64,000 bases of DNA from an uncultured Legionellales bacterium (GTDB taxonomy: Bacteria > Pseudomonadota > Gammaproteobacteria > Eutrophobiales > Eutrophobiaceae). The notes below the pieces were generated by a model. It had not been told where the DNA came from and made no database searches. It was given only the letters and a program-made list of their open reading frames with translations. The position numbers and the translations under genes were made by a program. Numbering within the stretch: the stretch's first letter is position 1; the number at the start of each line of letters is the position of its first letter. Of the stretch, positions 27,716-40,590 are shown piece after piece. The stretch lies in assembly GCA_913045195.1 (NCBI GenBank), contig CAJWQR010000001.1, positions 27,702 through 91,701 on the forward strand, written 5' to 3'.

Positions 27716-30700
27716 ATGGTCTATTCATACACTGAAAAGAAGCGTATTCGAAAGGATTTTGGGAAGCGTCCCAGTATACTCGAGGTACCTTATTTGGTTG
27801 AGACCCAACTTGCGTCATTTGGACAATTTTTACAAGCCGACATAGACCCGGATAAAAGAAAAGATAATGGGCTTCAGGCAGCATTCAAATCTGTTTTCCC
27901 AATCGTCAGTTTCTCAGGCAATGCAGCACTAGAATACGTTAGTTATAAGCTAGGTAATCCGGTGTTCGATGTTAAAGAATGCCAACTTAGAGGTTTGACC
28001 TATGCTGCGCCATTACGAGTTAGTGTGCGTCTTGTAATTTATGATAAGGAAGCTGGACTAAATAATAAAGTTGTAAAAGATATAAAAGAGCAGGAAGTCT
28101 ACATGGGTGAGATGCCTTTGATGACCGATACAGGTACTTTTGTTATTAATGGAACGGAACGTGTGATTGTTTCTCAGATGCATCGTTCACCAGGTGTTTT
28201 TTTCGAACATGATAAAGGAAAAACACATTCATCAGGAAAATTGCTTTATTCAGCCCGTGTTATACCTTACCGTGGTTCATGGTTAGATTTTGAATTTGAC
28301 GCAAAGGATCTGGTTTATTGCAGAATTGATAGACGGCGTAAAATTCACGCTACTATTTTATTGCGCGCATTAGGCTATACCACTGAAGAAATTCTTAATT
28401 TTTTCTTTGATACTGATACTTTCGAAATATCGACTAAAGGCGTAAAGAATACTATTGATGAAGAAACAGGAGAAATTGAATTTGGAGATATCACTTTTCA
28501 TTTGATTCCTGAACGCCTACGCGGACAAACAGCAGCTTTCGAAATAAAGAATAAAAGAACAGTTATTGTCGAAAGAGATCGTCGTATTACAGCCCGTCAT
28601 ATTAAACTAATTGAGAAGGCAGGATTGACCTCTTTAACTATCCCTGCTGATTATCTAATTGGCAAAGTAATAGCCAAAGATATTATTGACGAAGAAACAG
28701 GAGAAATTGAATATTCTGCGAACCATGAAATTACAGAAGAATCATTAGAGGGGATTCTTAGTCATCCTGGGCAAAAAATTGAAACAATTTATACGAATGA
28801 TTTAGATAATGGTTCTTTTATTGCGGATACATTAAGAGAAGACTCCACAACAAATCAGCTAGAAGCGCAAGTCGAGATTTATCGTATGATGCGACCAGGT
28901 GAGCCACCAACAAAAGATGCTGCTGAAAATTTATTCAAAAATTTATTTTTTAACCCCGACCGTTACGATCTATCAGCTGTAGGCAGAATGAAATTTAATA
29001 GACGAGTAGGCGCTAAAGATATTACTGGTGAAGGGATATTATCAAATCAAGATATTATTGATGTGTTGAGAGTGTTGATTGATATACGAAATGGGAAAGG
29101 AACTATAGATGATATTGACCATCTTGGTAACCGTCGTATCAGAAGCGTTGGCGAAATGGCAGAAAATCAATTTCGTGTTGGACTTGTTAGAGTTGAACGC
29201 GCGGTAAAGGATCGATTAAGTCTTGCTGAATCAGAAGGTTTGCTCCCACAAGAAATAATTAATGCGAAACCTGTAGCAGCTGTTATAAAAGAATTTTTTG
29301 GTTCAAGTCAATTATCCCAATTTATGGATCAAAATAATCCCTTATCAGAAATTACTCATAAGCGACGAATTTCTGCGCTTGGCCCTGGAGGCTTAACACG
29401 AGAACGCGCTGGATTTGAGGTTCGTGATGTCCATCCAACACATTATGGTCGTGTTTGTCCAATTGAAACACCCGAAGGCCCAAATATAGGATTGATAAAT
29501 TCTTTAGCTGTCTATGCGAGAACAAATGAATATGGTTTTCTAGAAACACCATATCGAAAAGTTTTAGATGGAATAGTAAATGATGAGATCGAATTTTTAT
29601 CAGCTATTGAAGAGGGTGATTTTATGATAGCACAGGCAAGTGCGACCATAGATGAAAAGGGAAAATTGGTTGATGAACTTGTCTCTTGTCGATATAAAAA
29701 TGAGTTTACGATGTCCACCCCCGATAAAATAAATTTTATGGATGTCTCACCTAGGCAAATAGTTTCAGTTGCTGCGTCGTTAATACCATTTTTAGAACAT
29801 GATGATGCTAATCGCGCCTTAATGGGGTCCAATATGCAGAGACAAGCAGTACCAACACTGCGTACGGATACTCCATTGGTTGGCACTGGTATGGAAAGAA
29901 GAGTTGCAATTGATTCTGGTGTAACTGTGATTTCTGTTCGAGGAGGTATCGTTGATTCAGTTGATGCCAGCAGAATCGTAGTTCGTGTTAATGATAAAGA
30001 AACAATAGAAGGGGAACCCGGTGTCGATATTTATAATCTAACTAAATATACACGTTCAAATCAGAACACATGCATTAACCAAAAACCTTTAGTTAAGCCT
30101 GGAGACAAGATCGAAAAAGGCGACGTATTAGCAGACGGTCCGTCGACAGATAAGGGAGAATTGGCGCTAGGACAAAATATGCTAGTAGCTTTTATGCCGT
30201 GGAATGGTTATAACTTTGAAGATTCTATCTTATTGTCAGAACGATTAGTTAAAGAAGATCGTTTCACAACAATACATATTGAGGAGTTAACCTGTGTGGC
30301 TCGTGATACGAAACTTGGTTCAGAGGAAATTTCTTCTGATATTCCAAATGTTAGCGAAAGCGCTCTTAATAAGCTTGATGAGTCAGGAATTGTTTTCATT
30401 GGTGCCGAGGTAAACGTTGGAGATATTCTGGTTGGCAAGGTAACACCAAAAGGAGAGACTCAGCTTACTCCTGAAGAAAAATTGTTACGTGCTATCTTTG
30501 GAGAGAAAGCATCAGATGTTAAAGATACATCTCTACGTGTTCCTTCAGGCATGAACGGTACCGTCATTGACGTTCAAGTTTTTACTCGGGATGGCGTTGA
30601 AAAAGATACTCGCGCACTTGAAATTGAAGAATCAGAGTTAAATAGTGTAAGGAAAGATTTAAATGATCAATTAAGGATAATGTCTGATGGAGTTTATCAG

Positions 30701-31837
30701 CGTATTGAGAAGTTGTTATTAGGTAAAGTTGTACAAGGAAAATCATCTCTATTGAACTCAGGAGATAAAATAACCCAGGATCATCTTAATCAAATTTCTC
30801 GTGAGAAATGGTTTGAGATTAACATTAAGAATGACACTGTTAACAAGCAACTCGAACGTGCATCAGAGCAACTTGATATATTGAAAAAAGACTTTGATAG
30901 ACAATTCGAAGAAAAAGAAAAGAAATTAACTTCTGGTGATGATTTAGCTCCAGGTGTATTGAAAATGGTTAAAGTTTATCTTGCTGTTAAACGACGTATT
31001 CAGCCGGGCGATAAGATTGCTGGTCGACATGGCAACAAGGGTGTTATTTCAACAATTGTTCCTGTAGAAGATATGCCTCATATGGAAGATGGAACACCTG
31101 TAGACGTTGTATTAAATCCACTTGGCGTTCCTTCTCGAATGAATGTCGGACAGGTTTTAGAAACCCATTTAGGTTGGGCAGCGAAAGGCATTGGCCTCAA
31201 GATTGGGAAAATGCTTGAACGAAGAGCTCAAACTATTGAGATACGCAAATTTTTAGACAAAGTTTATAACGGTAGTGGTAAAACTGAAGAATTAGATTCA
31301 TTTTCAGATGATGAAATTACAGAATTGGCAAAAAATCTTAAAGGTGGGGTACCTTTAGCCACTCCAGTTTTTGATGGCGCAAGTGAAGAAGAAATTAAAC
31401 AGATGCTGAAACTTGCTGGATTACCAGAGGATGGTCAGTCATGGTTATGGGACGGAAGAACTGGCGATCGTTTTGACCGAAAAATTACAGTTGGCTATAT
31501 GTATATCTTGAAATTAAATCACTTAATCGATGACAAGATGCATGCACGTTCAACCGGACCTTATAGTTTAGTAACGCAGCAACCTTTGGGCGGTAAGGCA
31601 CAGTTTGGGGGGCAACGTTTTGGTGAAATGGAGGTGTGGGCTCTTGAGGCATATGGTGCCGCATATACATTACAGGAAATGCTTACTGTTAAATCAGACG
31701 ATGTTAATGGCCGTACTAAGATGTATAAAAATATTGTTGATGGAAATCACCATATGGAAGCAGGTATGCCCGAGTCCTTTAATGTACTCGTTAAAGAAAT
31801 TAGATCACTTGGAATTGATATAGAGCTCGATACATAA
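27716..31837 (+). CDS. rpoB: DNA-directed RNA polymerase subunit beta
   Basis: 1373 aa. N-terminus [19 protein letters not shown] and rifampicin-region motifs are conserved. Confidence 0.98.
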   Translation: MVYSYTEKKRIRKDFGKRPSILEVPYLVETQLASFGQFLQADIDPDKRKDNGLQAAFKSVFPIVSFSGNAALEYVSYKLGNPVFDVKECQLRGLTYAAPLRVSVRLVIYDKEAGLNNKVVKDIKEQEVYMGEMPLMTDTGTFVINGTERVIVSQMHRSPGVFFEHDKGKTHSSGKLLYSARVIPYRGSWLDFEFDAKDLVYCRIDRRRKIHATILLRALGYTTEEILNFFFDTDTFEISTKGVKNTIDEETGEIEFGDITFHLIPERLRGQTAAFEIKNKRTVIVERDRRITARHIKLIEKAGLTSLTIPADYLIGKVIAKDIIDEETGEIEYSANHEITEESLEGILSHPGQKIETIYTNDLDNGSFIADTLREDSTTNQLEAQVEIYRMMRPGEPPTKDAAENLFKNLFFNPDRYDLSAVGRMKFNRRVGAKDITGEGILSNQDIIDVLRVLIDIRNGKGTIDDIDHLGNRRIRSVGEMAENQFRVGLVRVERAVKDRLSLAESEGLLPQEIINAKPVAAVIKEFFGSSQLSQFMDQNNPLSEITHKRRISALGPGGLTRERAGFEVRDVHPTHYGRVCPIETPEGPNIGLINSLAVYARTNEYGFLETPYRKVLDGIVNDEIEFLSAIEEGDFMIAQASATIDEKGKLVDELVSCRYKNEFTMSTPDKINFMDVSPRQIVSVAASLIPFLEHDDANRALMGSNMQRQAVPTLRTDTPLVGTGMERRVAIDSGVTVISVRGGIVDSVDASRIVVRVNDKETIEGEPGVDIYNLTKYTRSNQNTCINQKPLVKPGDKIEKGDVLADGPSTDKGELALGQNMLVAFMPWNGYNFEDSILLSERLVKEDRFTTIHIEELTCVARDTKLGSEEISSDIPNVSESALNKLDESGIVFIGAEVNVGDILVGKVTPKGETQLTPEEKLLRAIFGEKASDVKDTSLRVPSGMNGTVIDVQVFTRDGVEKDTRALEIEESELNSVRKDLNDQLRIMSDGVYQRIEKLLLGKVVQGKSSLLNSGDKITQDHLNQISREKWFEINIKNDTVNKQLERASEQLDILKKDFDRQFEEKEKKLTSGDDLAPGVLKMVKVYLAVKRRIQPGDKIAGRHGNKGVISTIVPVEDMPHMEDGTPVDVVLNPLGVPSRMNVGQVLETHLGWAAKGIGLKIGKMLERRAQTIEIRKFLDKVYNGSGKTEELDSFSDDEITELAKNLKGGVPLATPVFDGASEEEIKQMLKLAGLPEDGQSWLWDGRTGDRFDRKITVGYMYILKLNHLIDDKMHARSTGPYSLVTQQPLGGKAQFGGQRFGEMEVWALEAYGAAYTLQEMLTVKSDDVNGRTKMYKNIVDGNHHMEAGMPESFNVLVKEIRSLGIDIELDT

Positions 31838-31927
31838 ATCAACGAGAAATAAAGAGTAAAAGAAATTAATAATTTATTGATTTGATTTTCGGTTAAATAT
31901 CCGAAAAAATCACCGAGGAGGTAAACC

Positions 31928-34900
31928 TTGAAAGACTTACTTAAGCTATTAAAGCAACAGGGACAGACTGAGGAATTTGATGTAATAAAAATCGGATTAG
32001 CCTCCCCTGAGAAAATTCGTTCATGGTCTTTTGGGGAAGTAAAGAAACCAGAAACAATAAACTACAGAACTTTTAAGCCAGAACGTGACGGTCTTTTTTG
32101 CGCTAAGACTTTTGGTCCAATTAAAGATTATGAGTGTCTATGTGGAAAATATAAAAGACTTAAACACAGAGGAGTTGTCTGTGAAAAATGTGGTGTCGAA
32201 GTAACTCTCTCAAAAGTTAGGCGTGAACGCATGGGCCATATTGAGCTCGCAACGCCGATCGCTCATATTTGGTATCTAAAATCCTTGCCTTCGAGAATGG
32301 GATTAATGCTTGATATGACTTTACGTGAAATTGAGAGAATTCTTTATTTTGAGGCATACGTTGTTGTTGAACCAGGCATGACAGAACTTGAACGTGGCCA
32401 AATGCTTACCGAAGAAAATTATTTGGAAGCACTTGAAAATTATGGCGATGAATTTGAAGCTAGAATGGGGGCGGAAGCTATTCGTGAATTACTTCTTTCC
32501 ATTGATCTTGAACACGAAGTTCAAACATTACGCGAGGAAATTCCAAAGACAAACTCGGAAACAAAGTTACGTAAATTAACTAAACGATTAAAATTATTAG
32601 AAGCTTTTATGAACTCTGGTAATAAACCAGAGTGGATGGTTATGAAGGTTTTACCAGTACTGCCCCCCGAATTAAGACCTTTAGTCCCACTTGATGGCGG
32701 TCGTTTTGCAACATCCGATCTTAATGATTTATATAGGCGTGTAATCAACAGGAACAACCGCTTAAAACGTTTACTGGATTTAAATGCACCAGATATCATT
32801 GTGCGTAATGAAAAACGTATGTTGCAAGAGTCCGTTGATGCTTTACTTGATAATGGTAGACGTGGTCGTGCTATTACAGGAACTAATAAACTTCCATTAA
32901 AATCATTAGCAGATATGATTAAAGGAAAACAAGGACGGTTCCGCCAGAACCTACTAGGTAAACGAGTTGATTATTCAGGTCGTTCCGTCATTGTTGTGGG
33001 TCCAACTTTACGTTTACATCAATGTGGAATTCCTAAAAAAATGGCTCTGGAATTATTTAAGCCATTCATCTTTAGTAAATTGGAAAGACGGGGTTTAGCC
33101 ACAACAATAAAAGCGGCTAAGAAATTAGTTGAACGTGAAGGAACAGAAGTTTGGGATGTTTTAGAAGAAGTAATTCGTGAACACCCGGTAATGCTTAATC
33201 GTGCCCCAACACTTCATAGATTAGGTATACAAGCTTTCGAACCAGTATTAATTGAAGGAAAAGCAATTCAATTACATCCGCTAGTGTGTACAGCTTTTAA
33301 TGCAGATTTTGATGGTGATCAAATGGCTGTGCATGTCCCATTATCTATTGAGGCCCAACTCGAAGCACGAACACTAATGATGTCAACGAATAATATTCTA
33401 TCTCCTGCTAATGGCGAACCGATCATTAACCCAACTCAAGATGTTGTTCTTGGTCTTTATTATTTAACGCGTGAATCGGATAGAGCAAAAGGCAGTGGAA
33501 TGGCATTCTCTGATATTAATGAGGTGCATCGCGCATATCAAGCCCACCCTCGTGCACTTGATTTACAAGCAAAGATTCAGGTTCGTATTCGTGAAGAGAA
33601 AACTGATGAAAACGACGAAAAGAAAATTATATATACAAGATATAAAACTACTGCTGGACGCGCGTTATTATCTCGTATTTTACCTAGCGGATTATCATTT
33701 GATTATATCAATAAGTTATTAGATAAAAAAACTATTTCACAATTGATTAATACTAGTTATAGAAAACTAGGATTAAAAGATACTGTTATTTTTTCAGATC
33801 AATTGATGTACGCTGGTTTTAAGTACTCAACATATGCCGGTGTGTCGATTGGTGTTGAAGATATGGTGGTCCCGGAAAATAAAAGTGAAATTATTTCTAA
33901 AGCCGAAGAAGAAGTTAAAAACTTTCAGGAACAATATTCGTCTGGATTAATAACCGACGGAGAGCGTTATAATAAGGTTGTTGATATTTGGTCTCATACA
34001 AATGATGCCGTTGCAAAAGCGATGATGGATAAAATAGGAGAAGAAATTTACCTTGATGCCGAAGGTAAAGAAAAGAAAGAGATTTCAGGCAATTCAATTT
34101 TTATGATGGCTGATTCTGGCGCACGTGGTTCAGCTGCTCAAATAAGGCAATTAGCCGGTATGCGCGGGCTAATGGCTAAGCCAGACGGATCAATTATTGA
34201 AACGCCGATAACAGCTAATTTTCGTGAAGGACTTGATGTTTTACAGTATTTTATTTCAACTCACGGCGCGCGCAAAGGCCTTGCTGATACTGCGCTTAAA
34301 ACAGCTAATTCAGGTTATTTGACTCGTCGTTTGGTTGACGTTGCGCAAGATTTAGTTGTGACGGAGGAAGATTGCGGTACTGTCGAAGGTCTTATTATGA
34401 ACCCAATTATTGAGGGCGGCGATGTAATTGAGACTTTGAGAGACCGTATATTAGGTAGAGTGCTGGCTGCAAATGCGATCAATAGAAACGAAGAAGTGAT
34501 TGCCGAGGTTGGCACCTTACTTGATGAATCTTGGGTGGATATTTTTGATGAAAAAGGTATTGACCAAGTTCTAGTTCGCTCTGCAATTACATGTGAGACT
34601 CGCTATGGTATATGTCGCAGATGTTATGGCCGTGATTTAGGTCGTGGACATCTTGTGAATAATGGAGAAGCAGTTGGAGTTATTGCCGCACAATCAATTG
34701 GAGAACCAGGCACACAGTTAACAATGCGTACGTTTCATATTGGCGGGGCGGCATCACGTGCAGCGGCGATAAGTAGTATTGAAGTAAAAAATGGCGGAAC
34801 AATAAGCCTACAAAATGTAAAAATATTAAAACAAAAAGAAAGTGGAAATAATATTGTCAATTCACGATCAGGCGAGGTCGCAATTCTTGATGATACGGGT

Positions 34901-36160
34901 CGTGAAAGAGAACGTTATAAAATACCATATGGTGCGGTTTTAACGGTAAATAATGAAACAAATGTTGAATCTGGCCAACAAATAGCCTCATGGGATCCCC
35001 ATACTCACCCAGTTATATCTGAAGTCGATGGTAAGGTTTTATTTTCCGATATTGAGGAAGGTGTAACAGTTACTCGATATACTGATGATATTACTGGTTT
35101 AACGGATACCGTTATTATGGATCCAAAACAACGACCTTCGAGCGCAAAGGACATGCGACCAGTTGTTAAGTTGGTAGACGCTAAAGGAGATGAACTTAAA
35201 ATTCCAGGAACTGATCATGATGCTCATTACTTACTTCCACCGAGAGCAATCATTAACGTAAGTGACGGTAAAGAAGTTAATATTGGTGACGTGATTGCAC
35301 GCATTCCACAAGAGTCATCTAAAACCAGAGATATAACTGGCGGTTTACCAAGAGTAGCGGATTTATTTGAAGCACGTAAACCCAAGGAACCTGCAGTATT
35401 AGCTGAGATTAGCGGTACAATCAGTTATGGCAAAGAAACAAAAGGGAAAGAAAGAATTGTTATAACAGGTCAGAACGATGAGGTACATGAAGAACTGATC
35501 CCTAAGTGGCGACATATTAGTGTGTTTGAAGGCGAGCACGTAGAAAAAGGGGAAAGCATAGTCGATGGACCACCAACTCCACATGATATTCTTAAATTAA
35601 AAGGCGTTAAAGCCCTATCAAACTATATAAGCAGTGAAATACAAGATGTCTATCGTCTTCAGGGGGTAAAGATTAATGACAAGCATATTGAGGTTATTGT
35701 AAGACAAATGTTGCGTAAAGCAGAGATTACAGCTCCTGGAGATAGCTCTTTATTAAAAGGCGAGCAGTTGGAACGAACAAGAGTTTTGGAAGAAAATGAA
35801 AAACTTGAAGCTGATGGCAAAAAACCAGCTGAGTGGGAGCCTATTTTACTGGGTATTACGAAAGCATCACTTTTAACCGAATCCTTTATTTCTGCTGCAT
35901 CATTTCAGGAAACAACAAGAGTTCTTACTGAAGCTAGTGTTAATGGCAAGCGGGATCAACTTCGAGGTTTAAAGGAAAATGTAATTGTTGGACGTTTAAT
36001 CCCTGCTGGTTCTGGTCTTGCATCCCATATAGAGGCAAGAAAACAACATGAGCGTGAGCTAGAATCTGAGAAAGTGGCGGAAAATCTGGAGGATATGGAG
36101 ATAGAAATAGCACCAACGGAGGCGACTTCTGAATCGATCGAAGGGACTACATCAGCATAA
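31928..36160 (+). CDS. rpoC: DNA-directed RNA polymerase subunit beta'
   Basis: 1410 aa, TTG start after GAGGAGG. Zn-binding CLCGKYK...CEKCGVEV and the catalytic NADFDGD motif are present. Confidence 0.98.
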   Translation: MKDLLKLLKQQGQTEEFDVIKIGLASPEKIRSWSFGEVKKPETINYRTFKPERDGLFCAKTFGPIKDYECLCGKYKRLKHRGVVCEKCGVEVTLSKVRRERMGHIELATPIAHIWYLKSLPSRMGLMLDMTLREIERILYFEAYVVVEPGMTELERGQMLTEENYLEALENYGDEFEARMGAEAIRELLLSIDLEHEVQTLREEIPKTNSETKLRKLTKRLKLLEAFMNSGNKPEWMVMKVLPVLPPELRPLVPLDGGRFATSDLNDLYRRVINRNNRLKRLLDLNAPDIIVRNEKRMLQESVDALLDNGRRGRAITGTNKLPLKSLADMIKGKQGRFRQNLLGKRVDYSGRSVIVVGPTLRLHQCGIPKKMALELFKPFIFSKLERRGLATTIKAAKKLVEREGTEVWDVLEEVIREHPVMLNRAPTLHRLGIQAFEPVLIEGKAIQLHPLVCTAFNADFDGDQMAVHVPLSIEAQLEARTLMMSTNNILSPANGEPIINPTQDVVLGLYYLTRESDRAKGSGMAFSDINEVHRAYQAHPRALDLQAKIQVRIREEKTDENDEKKIIYTRYKTTAGRALLSRILPSGLSFDYINKLLDKKTISQLINTSYRKLGLKDTVIFSDQLMYAGFKYSTYAGVSIGVEDMVVPENKSEIISKAEEEVKNFQEQYSSGLITDGERYNKVVDIWSHTNDAVAKAMMDKIGEEIYLDAEGKEKKEISGNSIFMMADSGARGSAAQIRQLAGMRGLMAKPDGSIIETPITANFREGLDVLQYFISTHGARKGLADTALKTANSGYLTRRLVDVAQDLVVTEEDCGTVEGLIMNPIIEGGDVIETLRDRILGRVLAANAINRNEEVIAEVGTLLDESWVDIFDEKGIDQVLVRSAITCETRYGICRRCYGRDLGRGHLVNNGEAVGVIAAQSIGEPGTQLTMRTFHIGGAASRAAAISSIEVKNGGTISLQNVKILKQKESGNNIVNSRSGEVAILDDTGRERERYKIPYGAVLTVNNETNVESGQQIASWDPHTHPVISEVDGKVLFSDIEEGVTVTRYTDDITGLTDTVIMDPKQRPSSAKDMRPVVKLVDAKGDELKIPGTDHDAHYLLPPRAIINVSDGKEVNIGDVIARIPQESSKTRDITGGLPRVADLFEARKPKEPAVLAEISGTISYGKETKGKERIVITGQNDEVHEELIPKWRHISVFEGEHVEKGESIVDGPPTPHDILKLKGVKALSNYISSEIQDVYRLQGVKINDKHIEVIVRQMLRKAEITAPGDSSLLKGEQLERTRVLEENEKLEADGKKPAEWEPILLGITKASLLTESFISAASFQETTRVLTEASVNGKRDQLRGLKENVIVGRLIPAGSGLASHIEARKQHERELESEKVAENLEDMEIEIAPTEATSESIEGTTSA

Positions 36161-36221
36161 CGTTATAAGTGGTAATCTTCTTGACATAATACTTACCAAA
36201 GACATAGAATCTCGCCTCTTT

Positions 36222-36258
36222 GACAGGCTTAGGTGCTTTTCCTAGCCTGTCGTTTTGC
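36222..36258 (+). terminator. rho-independent terminator downstream of rpoC
   Basis: GACAGGCTTAGG-tgcttttc-CCTAGCCTGTC, an 11-bp stem with one bulged base, followed by GTTTTGCGTT. Confidence 0.55.
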
Positions 36259-36444
36259 GTTAAGTACTGGAAAAATAGCAAATTTTGATAATTTGCTGGC
36301 ATGCCAGGTAGTGCCTCAGGGATTTCAGAAGAAATTTGGACGTATGTCCGTACTGGAACTAGTAAGCATACATATATAAGTATCTACAGTTCGGATAAAC
36401 GAGGTAATCTGCGCGTTTAATAAATTGAAAAATATGAAGTTTTT

Positions 36445-36819
36445 ATGACAACAATAAATCAATTAGTTAGAAAACCACGTAAGCGACAGAATGCTAAAAG
36501 CAATGTGCCCGCACTAGAAGCGTGCCCTCAAAGACGTGGTGTATGTACACGCGTGTATACAACAACGCCAAAAAAACCAAATTCTGCATTAAGGAAGGTT
36601 GCCCGTGTAAGGCTTACTAATGGGCAAGAGGTAACGACGTACATAGGTGGCGAAGGCCATAATTTACAAGAACATTCCGTGATTTTGATTAGAGGTGGCC
36701 GAGTTAAGGATTTGCCCGGTGTTCGCTACCATACAGTGCGAGGCACTTTGGATACCTCTGGTGTTAGTGATAGACGAAGTGGGCGTTCAAAATACGGGGC
36801 AAAACGACCTAAGTCATAA
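36445..36819 (+). CDS. rpsL: 30S ribosomal protein S12
   Basis: 124 aa, near-identical to E. coli S12 (NQLVRKPRK...[31 protein letters not shown]). Confidence 0.98.
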   Translation: MTTINQLVRKPRKRQNAKSNVPALEACPQRRGVCTRVYTTTPKKPNSALRKVARVRLTNGQEVTTYIGGEGHNLQEHSVILIRGGRVKDLPGVRYHTVRGTLDTSGVSDRRSGRSKYGAKRPKS

Positions 36820-36875
36820 AAAATACTAATTCAAGCCATAAACTTATAAAGATAAACACAGGAATTATTTGAAAT

Positions 36876-37346
36876 ATGTCTAGACGAAGAATTGCCGAGA
36901 AAACAACAATCCTACCAGATCCGAAGTATGGGGATATGGTCTTGGCAAAATTTATTAACATCATTATGCGTAGTGGTAAAAAATCAATTGCTGAGAAAAT
37001 TGTTTATGGCGCGCTTAATAAAATTAATGATAAGGGAAGTACAGAGCCACTCGAAATTTTTAATAAGGCCCTTGAAAATATTAAACCTGTTGTTGAGGTA
37101 AAATCGCGACGTGTTGGCGGAGCAACGTATCAAATACCTGTAGAAGTAAAAACTGCACGCAGCATGACATTGGCAATGCGTTGGATTGTTGATGCCGCAA
37201 AAAATCGTAATGAGAAAGATATGGGCTCACGTTTAGCCGGTGAATTATTAGATGCCTCGGAGAATCGCGGGACAGCAATAAAAAAACGTGAAGATACGCA
37301 CCGCATGGCAGAAGCGAATAAGGCTTTTTCTCATTTTCGTTGGTAA
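36876..37346 (+). CDS. rpsG: 30S ribosomal protein S7
   Basis: 156 aa S7 ([19 protein letters not shown]...). Confidence 0.97.
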   Translation: MSRRRIAEKTTILPDPKYGDMVLAKFINIIMRSGKKSIAEKIVYGALNKINDKGSTEPLEIFNKALENIKPVVEVKSRRVGGATYQIPVEVKTARSMTLAMRWIVDAAKNRNEKDMGSRLAGELLDASENRGTAIKKREDTHRMAEANKAFSHFRW

Positions 37347-37372
37347 GAGATAGGTAAATTAAAATAAACATC

Positions 37373-39472
37373 ATGACAAGAAATACGACAATTGAACACT
37401 ACAGGAATATAGGGATTATGGCTCATATTGATGCCGGTAAAACAACAACAACTGAAAGGGTACTTTTCTATACAGGCGTTTCGCATAAAATTGGTGAAGT
37501 TCATGATGGAGCGGCAACAATGGACTGGATGGAACAAGAACAGGAAAGAGGGATCACAATCACTTCTGCTGCAACAACTTGTTTTTGGAAAGGAACGACA
37601 TCACAATTTCCAGAGCATCGTATTAATATTATAGATACCCCAGGCCATGTTGATTTTACGATCGAAGTAGAACGTTCATTACGTGTTTTGGATGGCAGCT
37701 GCGCAGTATTTTGTGCTGTAGGCGGAGTTGAACCTCAATCTGAAACTGTCTGGCGCCAAGCAAATAAATATTCTGTCCCCCGTATTGCTTTTGTAAACAA
37801 AATGGATCGGGCTGGGGCTGATTATCTTCGAGTTGTAACACAGATAAGGGAACGTCTTAACACCAACGCCATTTCCATGCAATTACCAATTGGCGCCGAA
37901 GAAAATTTTAAAGGTGTGATTGATTTAGTAAAGATGAAAGCTATTTATTGGGAAGAAGAGAATATGGGGATTAAATTTGAAGAAAAGGATATTCCTCAAA
38001 CAATGGAGAGCGAAGCAAAAAAACATCATGATCAAATAGTTGAGAGTGCAGCAGATGCAAATGAAAAACTCATGGAAGCATATTTGGAAATTGGAGATCT
38101 TTCCCAAGAACAAATAAAAGAAGGGATACGATTACAAACATTAACAAATGCGATTGTTCCAGTATTTTGTGGTTCTGCATTTAAGAATAAAGGGATTCAA
38201 ACAATGCTAGATGCCGTTATTGAATATTTACCTTCTCCTATTGATGTACCGCCAATTAAAGGAATTTTAGATGATAAAAATGAATCAGAAGGCGAAAGGA
38301 AATCTTCTGACGATGATCCGTTTGCAGCATTAGCATTTAAAATAGCAACTGATCCTTTTGTTGGAACATTGACTTTTTTTAGGGTTTATTCAGGCGTCCT
38401 TAAATCAGGCGATACAGTCTACAATCCCGTAAAAGGAAGAAAAGAACGGGTAGGCCGAATATTGCAGATGCATGCAAATAGTCGTGAAGAACTCAAAGAA
38501 GTACGTGCAGGGGATATAGCAGCAGCAGTTGGGTTAAAAGATATTGTCACTGGAGATACACTTTGCGATCAAAATAATATTATTACATTAGAACGAATGG
38601 AGTTCCCCGAACCAGTTATATCTGTCGCTGTTGAACCAAAAACTAAGCCTGACCAAGAAAAAATGGGGATAGCACTTGGTAAACTCGCACAAGAAGACCC
38701 ATCATTTAGGGTGCATACTGACGAAGAGTCTGGGCAAACAATTATTTCAGGAATGGGTGAACTTCATCTTGAAATTATTGTTGATCGTTTAAAACGTGAA
38801 TTTAAAGTTGAAGCCAACGTAGGAAAACCGCAAGTTGCATATCGAGAAACAATCCAAGCAACTCTTGAAAAGGTTGAAGGCAAATTTGTTAGACAATCAG
38901 GTGGACGCGGTCAATATGGTCACGTCGTATTCAAGATCGAGCCGAATAGAGCAGGAGAAGGTTTTGAATTTGTTAATGAAATTGTTGGTGGTGTAGTACC
39001 AAAAGAGTATATCCCAGCCGTTGAAAAGGGCGTCATCGAACAGATGGTAAATGGAATCATTGCCGGATATCCAGTAGTAGATGTTAAGGTTACTTTGCGT
39101 GATGGTTCTTATCATGATGTTGATTCTAGTGAAATGGCATTTAAAATTGCTGGTTCAATGGGATTTAAGGAAGGCGCACTTAAAGCAAAACCTGTCTTAC
39201 TTGAACCGATCATGAAAGTCGAAATTGTAACGCCTGAAGAATATATGGGCACAGTAAATGGTGACCTGAATAGGCGTCGCGGAATCCTACAAGGCACAGA
39301 TGAGACTCCCGCTGGAAAAGTGATACGTGCTGAAGTACCGCTTAGCGAAATGTTTGGATATGCAACCGATCTTCGTTCCGCAACTCAAGGACGTGCAGTT
39401 TATACAATGGAATTTGAAAAATATAATGAAGTTCCGGCAAATATTACTGAAAGCATTACTAACAGAAATTGA
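37373..39472 (+). CDS. fusA: elongation factor G
   Basis: 699 aa with [13 protein letters not shown] and DTPGHVDF. Confidence 0.98.
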   Translation: MTRNTTIEHYRNIGIMAHIDAGKTTTTERVLFYTGVSHKIGEVHDGAATMDWMEQEQERGITITSAATTCFWKGTTSQFPEHRINIIDTPGHVDFTIEVERSLRVLDGSCAVFCAVGGVEPQSETVWRQANKYSVPRIAFVNKMDRAGADYLRVVTQIRERLNTNAISMQLPIGAEENFKGVIDLVKMKAIYWEEENMGIKFEEKDIPQTMESEAKKHHDQIVESAADANEKLMEAYLEIGDLSQEQIKEGIRLQTLTNAIVPVFCGSAFKNKGIQTMLDAVIEYLPSPIDVPPIKGILDDKNESEGERKSSDDDPFAALAFKIATDPFVGTLTFFRVYSGVLKSGDTVYNPVKGRKERVGRILQMHANSREELKEVRAGDIAAAVGLKDIVTGDTLCDQNNIITLERMEFPEPVISVAVEPKTKPDQEKMGIALGKLAQEDPSFRVHTDEESGQTIISGMGELHLEIIVDRLKREFKVEANVGKPQVAYRETIQATLEKVEGKFVRQSGGRGQYGHVVFKIEPNRAGEGFEFVNEIVGGVVPKEYIPAVEKGVIEQMVNGIIAGYPVVDVKVTLRDGSYHDVDSSEMAFKIAGSMGFKEGALKAKPVLLEPIMKVEIVTPEEYMGTVNGDLNRRRGILQGTDETPAGKVIRAEVPLSEMFGYATDLRSATQGRAVYTMEFEKYNEVPANITESITNRN

Positions 39473-39505
39473 ATTATCAATAACTATAATTATTTGAGAA
39501 TAAAA

Positions 39506-39820
39506 ATGGCCGAACAACAAAGAATCAGAATACGTCTTAAAGCATTTGACCATCGGTTGATTGATCAATCTACAAAAGAGATTGTTGAAACGGCTCAGCG
39601 TACTGGCGCCCAAATTAAAGGCCCCATACCGTTACCAACCAAAAAAGAGCGTTTTACTGTTTTAATTTCACCTCATGTTAATAAGGATGCTCGTGATCAA
39701 TACGAGATTCGAACACATAAACGTTTAATGGATATTATAAACCCAACAGACAAAACAGTGGACGCGTTGATGAAGCTTGATCTGGCTGCGGGTGTTGATG
39801 TTCAAATTAAACTTAATTAG
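39506..39820 (+). CDS. rpsJ: 30S ribosomal protein S10
   Basis: [22 protein letters not shown] matches the S10 N-terminus. The ORF-track start at 39494 is a TTG four codons upstream. The ATG at 39506 is preferred, but 39494 remains possible. Confidence 0.93.
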   Translation: MAEQQRIRIRLKAFDHRLIDQSTKEIVETAQRTGAQIKGPIPLPTKKERFTVLISPHVNKDARDQYEIRTHKRLMDIINPTDKTVDALMKLDLAAGVDVQIKLN

Positions 39821-39838
39821 TAAAAATAAACTGGAACT

Positions 39839-40579
39839 GTGGAAATGACAATTGGAATTGTAGGGAGAAAATGCGGGATGACACGTCTTTTTATGGATGA
39901 TGGTGTTTCTATTCCTGTCACAGTGGTAGAGGCGTCGCCAAATCATGTCACCAGTTTACTAACCCAACAAGATAAGGGTTATAGCGCAGTTCAGGTTTCA
40001 TGGGGAGTAAAAAAATCTACTTCGTTAACAAAATCAGAAGCTGGGAATTATGCAAAAGCAAATGTTGAGACAGGAGAAGGGCTTTTGGAGTACAGAGTTA
40101 CTACAGAAGAACTTGAGCAATACTCGCCTGGGGCAGAAATAAAAGTTGATATTTTTGAAGCAGGGCAGAAAGTTGACGTTACCGGGACATCTAAAGGTAA
40201 AGGTTTTTCTGGCGTCATCAAGCGTCATAATTTTAGCCACCAACGAAATACCCATGGCAACTCATTGTCACATCGTGCTCCAGGATCTATAGGTCAGTGC
40301 CAAACTCCTGGAAGAGTTTTTAAAGGAAAAAAAATGGCTGGTCATCTTGGGGATGTAAAACGCACCACTCAAAATCTTGAGATTGTTCGGATTGATAGTG
40401 AGCGCAATCTCCTACTAATAAAGGGAGCAATTCCTGCAAGTAAAGGTGGCAGCGTTATTATTAAGCCATCAATAAAAATAACTAAAAATACTAAGCAAGA
40501 ATCAAACGAACAAAAAACAGCGCCTAAGCAAGAATCAAACGAACAAAAAACAGCGCCTAAGCAAGAATCAAACGACTGA
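39839..40579 (+). CDS. rplC: 50S ribosomal protein L3 with a C-terminal lysine/glutamate-rich repeat extension
   Basis: Conserved L3 core ([13 protein letters not shown]...[19 protein letters not shown]) followed by a tail of about 37 aa, [31 protein letters not shown]. Start is GTG at 39839, or alternatively ATG at 39845. Confidence 0.93.
   Translation: MEMTIGIVGRKCGMTRLFMDDGVSIPVTVVEASPNHVTSLLTQQDKGYSAVQVSWGVKKSTSLTKSEAGNYAKANVETGEGLLEYRVTTEELEQYSPGAEIKVDIFEAGQKVDVTGTSKGKGFSGVIKRHNFSHQRNTHGNSLSHRAPGSIGQCQTPGRVFKGKKMAGHLGDVKRTTQNLEIVRIDSERNLLLIKGAIPASKGGSVIIKPSIKITKNTKQESNEQKTAPKQESNEQKTAPKQESND
40491..40576 (+). repeat. perfect 33-nt in-frame tandem repeat (about 2.6 copies) at the 3' end of rplC
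   Basis: The unit ctaagcaagaatcaaacgaacaaaaaacagcgc is identical at 40491-40523 and 40524-40556, with a partial third copy at 40557-40576. It encodes ([11 protein letters not shown])n. Confidence 0.9.
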
Positions 40580-40590
40580 GCAATTTAATT

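Noticed and set aside
31838-31927. Possible hairpin TTTCGG-ttaaatat-CCGAAA in the rpoB-rpoC spacer, considered as a terminator.
   Set aside because: The stem is followed by an A-run on the plus strand, not a U-run. It is more likely an RNase III-type processing or antitermination-related structure, as in E. coli, if it is anything at all.
39473-39505. Looked for a second tuf (tufA) between fusA and rpsJ.
   Set aside because: Only 33 nt separate fusA and rpsJ. No ORF of the required size exists on either strand.
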